A program made the translations under genes and the position numbers. From Flavobacteriales bacterium (GTDB lineage Bacteria > Bacteroidota > Bacteroidia > Palsa-965), in the NCBI GenBank assembly GCA_040377305.1, contig JBEIPA010000001.1:192001-256000 (forward strand): a stretch of DNA of 64,000 bases, read 5' to 3'. The notes below the pieces were generated by a model. It was given only the letters and a program-made list of their open reading frames with translations. It was not told where the DNA came from and did not search any database. Position 1 is the first letter of the stretch, and each line of letters opens with the position of its first letter. Below are positions 50,232 to 60,844 of the stretch, one piece after another.

Positions 50232-53200
50232 CTACGATTTCGTAGCCGTATTCTTTCTGTCGAAATCCATTACAATCGGAGTAGCGATACACAGTGAAGA
50301 GTAAGTACCGATAACGATACCAATCAACAATGCGAACGAGAATCCGCGAATTGTATCACCACCGAAGATGAAGATTGCTAGGAGTACGAAGAACGTGATC
50401 ATCGACGTATTGATTGTACGGGAAAGCGTACTGTTCAATGCGTAGTTGATTGTAGATGTATTGTCCGCAATAGAATCTTTCGTTTGTGTACCAAGGAACT
50501 CACGAATACGGTCAAATACCACGACTGTATCTGTCATCGAGTAACCCATTACCGTGAGGATCGCAGCAACGAAATGCTGATCAAGCTCAAGCGGGAAAGG
50601 AAGGATACCGTCGAAAATCGCATAGAATGAGAATACAATAAGTACGTCGTGTACGAGAGCGGCAACCGCACCCAAACCGAACTGCCACTTACGGAAGCGG
50701 AAGAGGATGTACAAGAACATCAGGACGCACGATACACCAACAACTAAGAACGACTTCGCAATTACTTCGTTGGCAACAGATGGACCCACCTTGATGGAAC
50801 TTACAATCTTATAAGGAGTGTTTCCGGCAGCTGCGTTCAAACCTGCGTCAAGTTTCGCACGAACATCCGTATCTGCAGAAGTATCAACATCAGCCGCACG
50901 GTAGTTGGTTGTGATCTTCAATTGATTTTCATCACCTGCTGTTTTTACAATTGGTGCAATAGTCAAAGACTTTTCGAGTTCTGTACGAACCAGTTCACGA
51001 TCAACTTTCTCGTCGAAACGAACTGTATATGTACGACCACCTGAGAAGTCAACACCCAGAGAGAATCCGCCGTGCTTGAACGCCATGATAGCACCAAGCA
51101 AAATGATTACACCTGAAATAGCGTAGAACATTTTACGTTTTTCAACGAACTTGAAGTTCTTGTTGCGAAGTACGTTTTCAGTTGCCTTCGTTGAGAAAGC
51201 AATAGCCTGATCCTTCTTCAGCATCCAGTCGAAAATCAAACGCGTGATAAAAATCGCGCAGAACATTGAGCTGATGATACCGATAATAAGAGTAGTTGCG
51301 AAACCTTGTACCGGACCTGTACCGAAAGCGTAAAGGATGATACCGAGGATGAGCGTTGTCAAGTTCGAGTCAAGAATTGAAGACATCGCATGCTTGTAAC
51401 CATCAGCGATTGCATTCGCAAGATTCTTGCCTTCACGTAATTCTTCACGAATACGTTCGAAGATCAGGATGTTCGCATCGACAGAAAGTGCGATCGTAAG
51501 TACAACACCGGCGATGCCAGGAAGTGTAAGTACTGCGCCAAGTGAGGAGAGAATTCCGAGGATGAAGAATACGTTTACGAACAACGCGATATCTGCAACG
51601 ATACCCGCTTTGCTGTAATAGAACGCCATGTAGATCAATACTACGATAAGCGCAACGATGAACGACAGAAGACCTGCTTTTACAGCGTCATCACCAAGTT
51701 CAGCACCTACAACTGTTTTCTCTACGATATAACAAGTAGCAGGAAGCTTACCCGTATTCAGGAGTTTCACGAGATCGTCCGCTTCAGCGTTAGTGAAGTT
51801 TCCGGTGATCTGCGATTGTCCGCCAGTAATCTCCTGGTTAACATTCGGGAACGAGTACACTTTCTTATCGAGAACGATGGCGATGCTCTTTCCAACGTTG
51901 TCTTTAGTAATACGAGCCCAGTCGCGTGAACCTTCTGCGTTCATCGTCATGGAGATCTCAGGGCTTGCAGAACCGCTCATCTGATTGAACGTTTTGCGGG
52001 CGTCTGTTACTACATCACCTTCGAGAACCGGACCACCTTTGTTGCTTTCTTTCAAAGCAAGAAGGAATACAAATGGTTTCCCGTCATCCGTGAATTCTGG
52101 TTTTGCAGTCCATACCAGATTCAAATCCGAAGGAAGCATATCAACAACTTCCGGCATGCGTAACATTTTCATTACCGCAGCAGTGTCTTTTGTCTTTACG
52201 CCAATTGTGATCGGACCTTTCTGATCTGGATCAGGGTTCCCAGAAACAACGTACTGACCTATTGGGTTGCGCTCATTTGCAAGACCAGTTGTGTCTGTTG
52301 CCTTGATGCTATCCAATTTTACAACCGCGCTATCCAAACGCACTTTCGCGATTGAATCGGCACGCATTGTATCCGATTTGGTTTTCAGCCCGTCATATTT
52401 AGCTTGATAAAGTGTGCTATCAACATGAACAGTGTCCACTTTATAGCCCAGGATTTCTTTCAACGCTTCGTTAGCTGCGTTGATTGCACCGTTTACTTCG
52501 AATGCATCGTAAGTTTCCCAGAATTCGAGGTTCGCAGATGAAACGAGGATTTGCGATACGCGCTCTTCGTCTTTCACACCTGGCAACTCCACGATAATTC
52601 TGTTCGTAGACTTCAAGTGCTGAACGTTTGGTTGCGCTACACCGAACTCGTTAATACGTGTTTCGATTACAAGCTTCGCACGCTCAACAGCGTCGTCTGC
52701 CTGTTTACGAAGTGCGGCTTCCACCTGTTCGTCGGTTGAATTGAACGTGATGTTATCACTCTTCAACTGTGCCGCGAACAACGAAGCGAGCTTCGCAGTT
52801 GGATTTACTTCTTTATAAGCACGAAGGAAAAGCGTGATGTAGTCCTCGTTCGAAGTTGACTGTGCAGCAATTGCTCTACGTTCAGCTTCTTTGAAGTCTT
52901 GTGCTTCTGAATAGTTAGCGAGTGCACGAATGATGTCTGGTGTTGAAACCTCCATCGTAACGTTCATACCGCCCTGCAAGTCAAGACCGAGACTCAACTC
53001 TTTTTCTTTACAGCTCTCGTACGTGTACATGCCGAGGTAAACTTTCTTACCGGCGATAGAATCGTAGAGGAAAAAATGCCGGCGTTCAGTCATGATCGCC
53101 GCACGGATTTCTCCGGCACGGTTCACGTCACCATTAGCCATTGCATCTATCGAGTCCTTAACTTCCTGACGCTCAACATAAGCTTTCGCGTATGTATCTG

Positions 53201-53306
53201 CTTTCTTTTCCCAACTGCGCGTTACAAACGTAAACGACAAGTAAAACACGCAACTTAACGCCATCAGGATGGCGAAAATTCGAATAGCTCCTTTAATGTT
53301 TTGCAT
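50232..53306 (-). CDS. secDF: Protein translocase subunit SecDF
   Basis: LGLDLQGG, VDANILIFERIREE, LGVDFSGG and DTVVVFDRIRE motifs; start MQNIKG. Confidence 0.96.
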   Translation of the reverse strand: MQNIKGAIRIFAILMALSCVFYLSFTFVTRSWEKKADTYAKAYVERQEVKDSIDAMANGDVNRAGEIRAAIMTERRHFFLYDSIAGKKVYLGMYTYESCKEKELSLGLDLQGGMNVTMEVSTPDIIRALANYSEAQDFKEAERRAIAAQSTSNEDYITLFLRAYKEVNPTAKLASLFAAQLKSDNITFNSTDEQVEAALRKQADDAVERAKLVIETRINEFGVAQPNVQHLKSTNRIIVELPGVKDEERVSQILVSSANLEFWETYDAFEVNGAINAANEALKEILGYKVDTVHVDSTLYQAKYDGLKTKSDTMRADSIAKVRLDSAVVKLDSIKATDTTGLANERNPIGQYVVSGNPDPDQKGPITIGVKTKDTAAVMKMLRMPEVVDMLPSDLNLVWTAKPEFTDDGKPFVFLLALKESNKGGPVLEGDVVTDARKTFNQMSGSASPEISMTMNAEGSRDWARITKDNVGKSIAIVLDKKVYSFPNVNQEITGGQSQITGNFTNAEADDLVKLLNTGKLPATCYIVEKTVVGAELGDDAVKAGLLSFIVALIVVLIYMAFYYSKAGIVADIALFVNVFFILGILSSLGAVLTLPGIAGVVLTIALSVDANILIFERIREELREGKNLANAIADGYKHAMSSILDSNLTTLILGIILYAFGTGPVQGFATTLIIGIISSMFCAIFITRLIFDWMLKKDQAIAFSTKATENVLRNKNFKFVEKRKMFYAISGVIILLGAIMAFKHGGFSLGVDFSGGRTYTVRFDEKVDRELVRTELEKSLTIAPIVKTAGDENQLKITTNYRAADVDTSADTDVRAKLDAGLNAAAGNTPYKIVSSIKVGPSVANEVIAKSFLVVGVSCVLMFLYILFRFRKWQFGLGAVAALVHDVLIVFSFYAIFDGILPFPLELDQHFVAAILTVMGYSMTDTVVVFDRIREFLGTQTKDSIADNTSTINYALNSTLSRTINTSMITFFVLLAIFIFGGDTIRGFSFALLIGIVIGTYSSLCIATPIVMDFDRKNTATKS

Positions 53307-53477
53307 AGTATTTTGAAGTATCTCCACACGGAATTCTGTCCAATCGACAGTACCTTCCAAAATGGAGGCTGCAAATATATAAGAAAAACCTTAACGGGCA
53401 ATCGCCGTATAATGACCTTAAAGGCCCTGATTTTAAGGTATATTTGTCTCCCGGCAAAGGTTCCAAAACAGACATTT

Positions 53478-55700
53478 ATGTCCTTCAGAATAACCACACT
53501 TTTAGGCGCCCTGAGCCTCATCATTTTAGTGGTTCCTACCCGTGCGCAAGTGGCTATGGGATTTGTCCGTTACGACTCCATTCCGGTTTCCGACGGAACT
53601 CAACTTTTAACAATGGCATGGGGTGGTGGAATGGACATGCTCCAGTATTCTGAAATCGATTTGGACCAGGATGGCACCAAGGACCTGTTCGTTTTTGACC
53701 GATCCGGCGACAAAATCACAACATACATTAATACAGGTACACCGAATCAGGTATCGTACGTATTAGCGCCTCAATACATTTATAGCTTCCCGCTTCTTCA
53801 CGATTGGGCATTGATGCGCGATTACAACTGCGATGGCAAGGAAGATATTTTTACTGCAACAGTAGCTGGGATCAGGGTGTACGAAAACATTTCGACCATT
53901 CCGAACGGAATTCAGTTTCAGGTGGTTGACTCTTTGATACACACGGATCGCTCTCCGAATAGCAGCCATTGGATGGGCAACCTATATGTGAGCTTTATTG
54001 ATTTACCCGCTATTCGTGATGTTGATGGAGACGGCGATCTTGACATTCTTACTTTCCAGAACGGCGGACCGCAAATCGAATACCATGTTAATATGAGCAT
54101 GGAGCGTTACGGAACCTGCGACAGCATTCAATATGAAGTGCGTTCGAATTGCTGGGGAAAAATCACTGAGAACGGACAGAGTGCTGCGATCACGTTGAAT
54201 TTCGGTTGTCTTCCGGTTCCGATGGTGCCCCCCCACAACGAAACAGATCGTGTCATGCATTCCGGATCTTGCCTCGAGTGTTTCAATTTCGATGGCGATA
54301 CTGTGCAGGATGTACTAATTGGAGATGTTGGAAGTGCGAACATTGCATACATCCACAATTCAACCTGGCCCGATTCGGCAATCATAGACTTTGTGGATCC
54401 GTTGTATCCTTCCGCTAATGTTCCTGTTAACCTCGATCTGTTTCCTTGTCCGGCACACATTGACGTAAACAACGATGGTAAACGCGATATGCTTTTCTCA
54501 GGGGCAGCACCAACGTATTCAGAAAACAAAAGAAGTTCGCTCTATTATATGAATACCGGATCGAATAGTGCCGTGCAATCGACATTCGTGCAGGATGATT
54601 TTCTTCAGGAGAACATGATTGACGTGGGTGAAGGTTGTTATCCTGTACTATTTGATTACGATTCGGACGGCGACAAAGATCTTCTGATCGGGAATCGTGG
54701 TTACCATGTTGTTGCTGGACCTATGGAATCGAAGATCGCGTTGTACAGAAATATAGGCACTCCAACCACTCCCCACTTTATTTATACTACGGATGATTTC
54801 GCCGGCGTACACGCGAACAATCCTTCTTTAGCGAACCTCGTTCCTACCTTCGGAGATTTGGATGGTGATACTGATCTGGACATGCTCATTGGCGACTACA
54901 ACGGTGAGCTGCACTATTTTCAGAAAGGTCCCGGAGCTGGAAACTATTCTTTGGCCGCTTCTTCGTATCAGGGAATTGATGTGGGCGATTTTGCTGCACC
55001 GCAATTGTACGATGTAGATGGTGACAATAAACTCGATTTGCTGATTGGTGAAGACAACGGAATGATTCGCTACTATCGAAATACAGGGACTGTTGCAGCA
55101 CCGGTTTTCACTTTGGTTACCGCGGCGTTCGGTGGAATAAATATCAGTCAGCCGGGCTGGCCGGGAATGAGTGTTCCGTTTATGTTTGATGATAATGGCA
55201 GCAGTGCACTTGTCGTTGGTTCGCAACGCGGAAGGGTGTATCGTTACGACAACATCGATGGAAATCTGAGTGGGACATTTACACTTACCGATTCCCTTTA
55301 CATAAGCTGGAGAGAAGGCGGAAATCTTGCGGTGGCAATCGATGATCTTAATGGAGATGGATTGTATGATGCGATCATTGGCAACTACGCTGGTGGGGTT
55401 TCATTTTTCATGGGGGACAGCAACGTATCTACTTCCAGCATTGGCGGAACATCGCCTGGACAGATTTTCGTTTATCCAAATCCCGCGAATGAATTCCTGT
55501 CATTCAAAACAGATTTCATTCCAGACGACAACACGGTTTACGAATTGCATAATGCCGCAGGAAGCTTATCACGCAAAGGTCATATTTATCATCAGCAAAC
55601 AACAATTCAGTGCGGTGATCTGAGTGCCGGCATTTATATTTTGTCGGTTACAACACCGAAAGGAATTCTTCACCGTAAAGTGGTGATCGCACATCAGTAA
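53478..55700 (+). CDS. FG-GAP/VCBS repeat protein with T9SS sorting domain
   Basis: Repeated DxDxDGDxD(L/I) motifs; C-terminal VYPNPA...AGIYILSV...KVVIAH; start MSFRIT. Confidence 0.88.
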   Translation: MSFRITTLLGALSLIILVVPTRAQVAMGFVRYDSIPVSDGTQLLTMAWGGGMDMLQYSEIDLDQDGTKDLFVFDRSGDKITTYINTGTPNQVSYVLAPQYIYSFPLLHDWALMRDYNCDGKEDIFTATVAGIRVYENISTIPNGIQFQVVDSLIHTDRSPNSSHWMGNLYVSFIDLPAIRDVDGDGDLDILTFQNGGPQIEYHVNMSMERYGTCDSIQYEVRSNCWGKITENGQSAAITLNFGCLPVPMVPPHNETDRVMHSGSCLECFNFDGDTVQDVLIGDVGSANIAYIHNSTWPDSAIIDFVDPLYPSANVPVNLDLFPCPAHIDVNNDGKRDMLFSGAAPTYSENKRSSLYYMNTGSNSAVQSTFVQDDFLQENMIDVGEGCYPVLFDYDSDGDKDLLIGNRGYHVVAGPMESKIALYRNIGTPTTPHFIYTTDDFAGVHANNPSLANLVPTFGDLDGDTDLDMLIGDYNGELHYFQKGPGAGNYSLAASSYQGIDVGDFAAPQLYDVDGDNKLDLLIGEDNGMIRYYRNTGTVAAPVFTLVTAAFGGINISQPGWPGMSVPFMFDDNGSSALVVGSQRGRVYRYDNIDGNLSGTFTLTDSLYISWREGGNLAVAIDDLNGDGLYDAIIGNYAGGVSFFMGDSNVSTSSIGGTSPGQIFVYPNPANEFLSFKTDFIPDDNTVYELHNAAGSLSRKGHIYHQQTTIQCGDLSAGIYILSVTTPKGILHRKVVIAHQ

Positions 55701-55716
55701 TCATTGATAATATCAA

Positions 55717-57957
55717 ATGGGCAAAAAGATTTTAGCATTCGCATTCGTTCTGACTTCTTTGTGTGGATCCGCACAAAGTAATTTGCAGTTTCTTCGTAAC
55801 GATACAGTTCCTGTCATTAGCAACAGTGACACGCTCGTGAATCCCTGGGCGGGCGGACTGAATTTCTGTCAGCATTCTGAAATCGACCTTAATCTCGATG
55901 GCATAGATGATCTTTTCATTTTCGACCGAAGTGGAAATCGTGTTTCGACTTACATCAACAACGGAACCCCGGGTCAGGTTGACTATCACGTGGCGCCGCA
56001 GTATGTAAGTGCATTTCCAGCGATGGAAGGTTGGGCAATTCTCCGCGACTACAATTGCGATGGAATGATGGACATTTTCACGTATGGCAACGGGATGTTT
56101 GGGGGAATAGACTTGTATGAGAACGTTTCCTCCATCCAGAATGGATTACAGTTTCAGTTAGTGCTTCACTTACTCCAAACAAACACCACTCCAAACTCAA
56201 CTAATGTGTATGCCGACATTCACATTACGAAGTTTGATATTCCTGCGGTTCGCGACATTGACCACGATGGTGATTTAGATATTCTCACATTCGACGTTGG
56301 TGGAACAACAGTTGAGTGGTATCGCAATCTCAGTATGGAATCTTACGGTGTTTGCGATTCCCTTACCTATCGTTTAGAAACGCGTTGCTGGGGATTGTTC
56401 ACAGAAGACAATTCTACTTCAACCATCAATCTGAACCAATCTTGTCCTTCGGTTCCGATTGCCCAACCTCCTTCAAGTATGGAAAGAGAACGGCACGCGG
56501 GCTCTTGTCTCGAATGCATCAATACAGACGGCGACAACGACGAAGATTTACTGATTGGTGATTTAACAAATCCACGCATTGTCTACACGCAAAACGGAGG
56601 CACGCAAGCGTCTGCGAACATGGTTTATCAGGACGCGAGTTTTCCGTCGTATGATACATCTGTATTCATGAACCTGTTCGTGTGCGGACACCATCTTGAT
56701 GTGAATAATGATGGACTTAAGGATGTAGTGATATCACCGAACGTTTCTCAAACAGTAGAGAACTTCAATTCGAACTGGTTGTTTTTAAATGTCGGTGCGA
56801 ATGACTCAGTCGTTCTCGAGTTTCAGGAACGCAACTTCATGCAGGGCGGAATGATTGATTGCGGAGAAGGATCAGTGCCTCGTTGGTTCGATTACGATAG
56901 TGACGGTGATCTCGATTTATTCATTGGTAATTACGGATACTATCGTCCATCCGGAATTTACCCGTCGAAAATTGCTCTGTATAAGAATACGGGAAACTTC
57001 AATGACCCGCAATTCACTTTTATCACTGACGACTTCGCGAATATCCACACGAACAACCTGAGCATCATTTCACCGATTCCAACATTTGGAGATTTGGATG
57101 GTGATGGCGATAAGGATATGTTAGTTGGTGATATTCTCGGCCATCTCTTCATGTTCAGAAAAGATCCGGGTCCGGCAGACAATTTTGTTTTGGTTCCCGG
57201 ATTTTATCAATCGATCGATGTTGGTAGTAATGCAGCTCCGCAACTCATAGACGTTGATCGTGATAACAAGATTGATTTGCTGATTGGTGAACAATCGGGA
57301 AACATCAACTACTACCTCAACACGGGCACCAACCTTGCACCAGTATTCTCACTTGCGTCAACTTCATTCGGGGGGGTGAGTGTCAATGCACCAGCATCAA
57401 TCTCCGGATTTAGCGTTCCTTGCTTATGGGATAATAATGGAACGTATCAGTTACTTGTGGGTTCAGAGCGCGGATTCATTTATCGCTACGATAACATTGA
57501 TGGTAACCTCGCCGGAAATTTTACACTTACTGATTCGATGTACATCACTACCCACGAAGGTTTACGCGTTGCTCCATGGGCAGGTTACCTGAATGGTGAT
57601 ACTTTGATCGATGCGGTCATCGGAAATTACGCAGGTGGAGTAGTCTTGTATTATGGTGATATCACCAGCGATATACACTCAATCACGCAAACTCTAACAC
57701 CAACCCTCGGTGTATTTCCAAATCCATCGAACACCGAATTTTACATTTCCGGTTGGAACACAGCGGCTCGTTTTCCGGCAACACTGGAAATTGTTGGGAT
57801 GAACGGACAAGTAGTGAAGTCAGTACTTGTTACAAATCGAGATCAATCTATTAGTGTAGCTGAATTGTCGGCGGGCTGCTATTTCGGAAAGGTTACCGAT
57901 GCGGAAGGCGTTACTTCTACGCTCCGCTTTGTCGTCGCGAAAAGTGATGAACGGTAG
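55717..57957 (+). CDS. FG-GAP/VCBS repeat protein with T9SS sorting domain (tandem paralog)
   Basis: Collinear with the upstream gene (FDRSG, RDYNCDG, H.GSCLEC, RYDNIDGNL.G.FTLTDS); VFPNPS sorting domain. Confidence 0.88.
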   Translation: MGKKILAFAFVLTSLCGSAQSNLQFLRNDTVPVISNSDTLVNPWAGGLNFCQHSEIDLNLDGIDDLFIFDRSGNRVSTYINNGTPGQVDYHVAPQYVSAFPAMEGWAILRDYNCDGMMDIFTYGNGMFGGIDLYENVSSIQNGLQFQLVLHLLQTNTTPNSTNVYADIHITKFDIPAVRDIDHDGDLDILTFDVGGTTVEWYRNLSMESYGVCDSLTYRLETRCWGLFTEDNSTSTINLNQSCPSVPIAQPPSSMERERHAGSCLECINTDGDNDEDLLIGDLTNPRIVYTQNGGTQASANMVYQDASFPSYDTSVFMNLFVCGHHLDVNNDGLKDVVISPNVSQTVENFNSNWLFLNVGANDSVVLEFQERNFMQGGMIDCGEGSVPRWFDYDSDGDLDLFIGNYGYYRPSGIYPSKIALYKNTGNFNDPQFTFITDDFANIHTNNLSIISPIPTFGDLDGDGDKDMLVGDILGHLFMFRKDPGPADNFVLVPGFYQSIDVGSNAAPQLIDVDRDNKIDLLIGEQSGNINYYLNTGTNLAPVFSLASTSFGGVSVNAPASISGFSVPCLWDNNGTYQLLVGSERGFIYRYDNIDGNLAGNFTLTDSMYITTHEGLRVAPWAGYLNGDTLIDAVIGNYAGGVVLYYGDITSDIHSITQTLTPTLGVFPNPSNTEFYISGWNTAARFPATLEIVGMNGQVVKSVLVTNRDQSISVAELSAGCYFGKVTDAEGVTSTLRFVVAKSDER

Positions 57958-57993
57958 TTTGCGGAATTCAACATTGTGTACTTTTGTTGTGAA

Positions 57994-58317
57994 ATGAAGA
58001 AAGGATGTACATATTTCGTCTCCATGGTGGTGCTGGTAGTGTTTTCACTCTATCTGGTTCCGCATGAAGCTGTACACGTTTTTTATGATCACCACGACAC
58101 AGAACATGGTGTTGCACATGGAACCGAAACAACTTTTTCTTCTATTCACATCCACTGCGATTTCCTTTCAACAGATTTAACCGACTTTCTTCCGGCTGCT
58201 GAATCCGCTCCTGTTGAATGCTCGATAGTGATTCCCTTTCACTACAAAACCATCGACGTACAAACCGTTCGTTGCGTTTCTGTTCTGCGTGATTCCCGCG
58301 GACCACCTCTTGCTTAA
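57994..58317 (+). CDS. His-rich leader protein ending in RGPP (putative ribosome-arrest uORF, CruR/DUF2946-like logic)
   Basis: N-terminal hydrophobic helix, HEAVHVFYDHHDTEHGVAH...HIHCDF, and C-terminal SRGPPLA*; directly upstream of a TonB-dependent receptor. Confidence 0.8.
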   Translation: MKKGCTYFVSMVVLVVFSLYLVPHEAVHVFYDHHDTEHGVAHGTETTFSSIHIHCDFLSTDLTDFLPAAESAPVECSIVIPFHYKTIDVQTVRCVSVLRDSRGPPLA

Positions 58318-58376
58318 TAAAGTCTGACATCCTTCTAGTCTGCCGCGAACCTTCGTGGCGAAACAACTTTATTAAG
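58313..58376 (+). promoter_or_regulatory. mRNA stem-loop linking the leader stop codon to the receptor initiation region
   Basis: Perfect 11-bp IR cttaataaagt (58313-58323) / actttattaag (58366-58376) with inner hairpin gccgcgaa/ttcgtggc; the ATG is at 58384. Confidence 0.7.
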
Positions 58377-58383
58377 AAAAATC

Positions 58384-60825
58384 ATGAACAAAATACTACT
58401 ACTGGTAGTGCTCAGCGCTATACATATCATTCCTATTGATGCACAAAATGCAATTCAGGGAAAGATTACCGATAAAGAAGATGGTACGCCGATTTATGGT
58501 GCGAGCATCTATATATCTGAATTGCATGCCGGAGCTTCGACCGATACGAATGGCAGATTTTCTATTGCGAACGTACCGCTGGGAACCTTCCTTGCGGAAA
58601 TCCGCATGATTGGATACGCAACAGTTGCCGTGCAGGTTCAGGGGCAACCCATCAACGGAGCATATCTTTCCGAGCAACAAATTCAACTTACAAAAACGCC
58701 AGCCGAATATGCCCCGGTGATCATCACGGGAACTTCCGGCACCATTGAGCGAATGCGAAATCCTGTACCTAATACACTGCAAACCCGCGATCACTTTTTG
58801 AAACATGGCGCAACCAATGCAGTGAATGCGCTGAGTGAACTCCCGGGAATTTCCGTTGTGAGCACGGGTAACGCAATTTCAAAACCAGTGATCCGTGGAC
58901 TAGGATATAATCGCGTTGTGGTACTACGAAACGGAATTCGTCAGGAAGGACAACAGTGGGGCGACGAACATGGAATTGAAATTGATGAATTTGAAATTGA
59001 TCGGGTTGAAATCATAAAAGGTCCTGGCAGCATCATTTACGGTTCAGATGCTATGGCTGGTGTAATCAACTTCATTACTCCGCGAAATGTTCAGGAAGGA
59101 ATGATTACGGGTGAGTACACCGGAACGTTTCAGTCGAATGGAATGTTAATTGGAAATTCCCTGATGACCGCTGGAAACATAAAAGGTGTGAGCTGGCAGG
59201 TTCGCGGAAGCCAGAAGATGGCTGGCAATTATTTCACACCTGCAGATGGTTATGTGGCCAATTCCGGATTCAAGGAATACAATGCCAGTGGATTTGTCGG
59301 AATCAATCGCAGTTGGGGCGTTTCCAAAATCAGCTTCAGCACGTTTAACCAGCAGGTCGGTTTGCCTGAAGGAGAAAGAGATTCATTGGGAAACTTTATG
59401 GTGCCTTATGCAGTGAATGATACGACCGAAGACATGCAATCGTTCACAAGTGATGAGTTGAAAAACTATTCGCATCATCTCGAAACTCCGCAGCAACGCA
59501 TCAATCATAACCGACTGGTATTCTCAAATAGTTTGTACTTCAATGATGTGTCGGTAAAAATTGATTTGGGTTATCAGTCAAATCTTCGTCGTGAATTCGG
59601 AAACGTACTGGACCCGGATGAAACGGAAGTTGCAATGAAGCTCGAAACAACAAACCTGAATGCTGCGATATATTCTCCGGAGAAGAATGGAAAACAAATC
59701 ATTGGAGGGATATGTTTGCAAAGACAAAGCAATGCAAATTCAGGAGAGGAATACATTGTTCCGGATTACATCGCGCAGGATGCAGGAGCGTTCATCCATT
59801 TCAAGTATGTGACGCCCAAATGGTATTTCGGGACAGGATTGCGCGGCGATGTTCGACAACTTTCAACGCAGGCTTTGTATATCGATAGCCTTGGAAATTT
59901 CATACACGAAACAACGGAAAACGTAAAGTTCAATGCACTTAACAAAACGTTTTCATCATTCTCAGCAATTGCAGGTACATCTTATCAACCCGCAACTCCG
60001 GTTGTTTTTCGTGTGAACCTCTCACGTGGTTTCCGTAATCCGAATATTGCAGAACTTTCTTCAAACGGACGGCACGAAGGAACTTTCCGTTATGAATCCG
60101 GGAATTCAAATCTGAAATCGGAAACAAGCCTGCAGCTCGATCTCGGAATGACATACACGTCTGATCACTTCAATGTGGAGCTCAGTACCTTCGTGAACGA
60201 CATTCAGAATTTCATTTATCTAAGCAAGATAAATTCGGTGTTCGGCGGAGACAGCATCCTTGATCCCAATGATCCTGCACCCGTGTTCACATTCTCACAA
60301 GGTCATGCGCGTTTGTACGGTGGAGAAATTTTCACTGACATTCACCCTCACCCACTCGACTGGCTCCATTTTGAAAACTCTGTGTCGTTTGTAATCGGAG
60401 AGCTCCTTGCGCAACCTGACTCTATGAACTGTTTGCCATTTATTCCCCCCTTGAAATACCAATCGGAAGTTAATGCTCACATCGAAAAACAATTTGGGCC
60501 ATTCACTGAAACCTACTTCAGTGCGTCCATTTCTGTTTATATGAAGCAAGACAGAATCTACTCTGCATACGGAACGGAAACCGCAACTCCGGGGTATTCA
60601 CTCGTGGAATTTGGCGCAGGAACACAGCTCGTGAATGCGAAAGGAACCACGCTGTGCAAAATCTATTTCTCAGCAAACAATTTGTTAAACGAGAAATACC
60701 AGTCGCATTTGAGTCGTTTGAAATACGCACCGGTAAATCCCGCAACCGGCAACGGTGGTATCTATGGTCAAGGTCGCAGCTTCTGTGTGCGGATGCTGAT
60801 TCCATTTAGCATTTGGCAGCATTAA
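58384..60825 (+). CDS. TonB-dependent receptor
   Basis: CarboxypepD_reg-like N-domain; plug KPVIRGLGYNRV..QQWGDEHG..IEIIKGPGS.IYGSDA.AGVI; barrel ending NNLLNEKYQSHLSRLK...GRSF. Confidence 0.93.
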   Translation: MNKILLLVVLSAIHIIPIDAQNAIQGKITDKEDGTPIYGASIYISELHAGASTDTNGRFSIANVPLGTFLAEIRMIGYATVAVQVQGQPINGAYLSEQQIQLTKTPAEYAPVIITGTSGTIERMRNPVPNTLQTRDHFLKHGATNAVNALSELPGISVVSTGNAISKPVIRGLGYNRVVVLRNGIRQEGQQWGDEHGIEIDEFEIDRVEIIKGPGSIIYGSDAMAGVINFITPRNVQEGMITGEYTGTFQSNGMLIGNSLMTAGNIKGVSWQVRGSQKMAGNYFTPADGYVANSGFKEYNASGFVGINRSWGVSKISFSTFNQQVGLPEGERDSLGNFMVPYAVNDTTEDMQSFTSDELKNYSHHLETPQQRINHNRLVFSNSLYFNDVSVKIDLGYQSNLRREFGNVLDPDETEVAMKLETTNLNAAIYSPEKNGKQIIGGICLQRQSNANSGEEYIVPDYIAQDAGAFIHFKYVTPKWYFGTGLRGDVRQLSTQALYIDSLGNFIHETTENVKFNALNKTFSSFSAIAGTSYQPATPVVFRVNLSRGFRNPNIAELSSNGRHEGTFRYESGNSNLKSETSLQLDLGMTYTSDHFNVELSTFVNDIQNFIYLSKINSVFGGDSILDPNDPAPVFTFSQGHARLYGGEIFTDIHPHPLDWLHFENSVSFVIGELLAQPDSMNCLPFIPPLKYQSEVNAHIEKQFGPFTETYFSASISVYMKQDRIYSAYGTETATPGYSLVEFGAGTQLVNAKGTTLCKIYFSANNLLNEKYQSHLSRLKYAPVNPATGNGGIYGQGRSFCVRMLIPFSIWQH

Positions 60826-60844
60826 AACGTAACTTTACATAGTT

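Noticed and set aside
53307-53477. Arrest-peptide uORF upstream of secDF
   Set aside because: A TATATTTG box lies only ~65 nt upstream of the start, and the overlapping short ORFs have no signal segment or RAPP-like motif.
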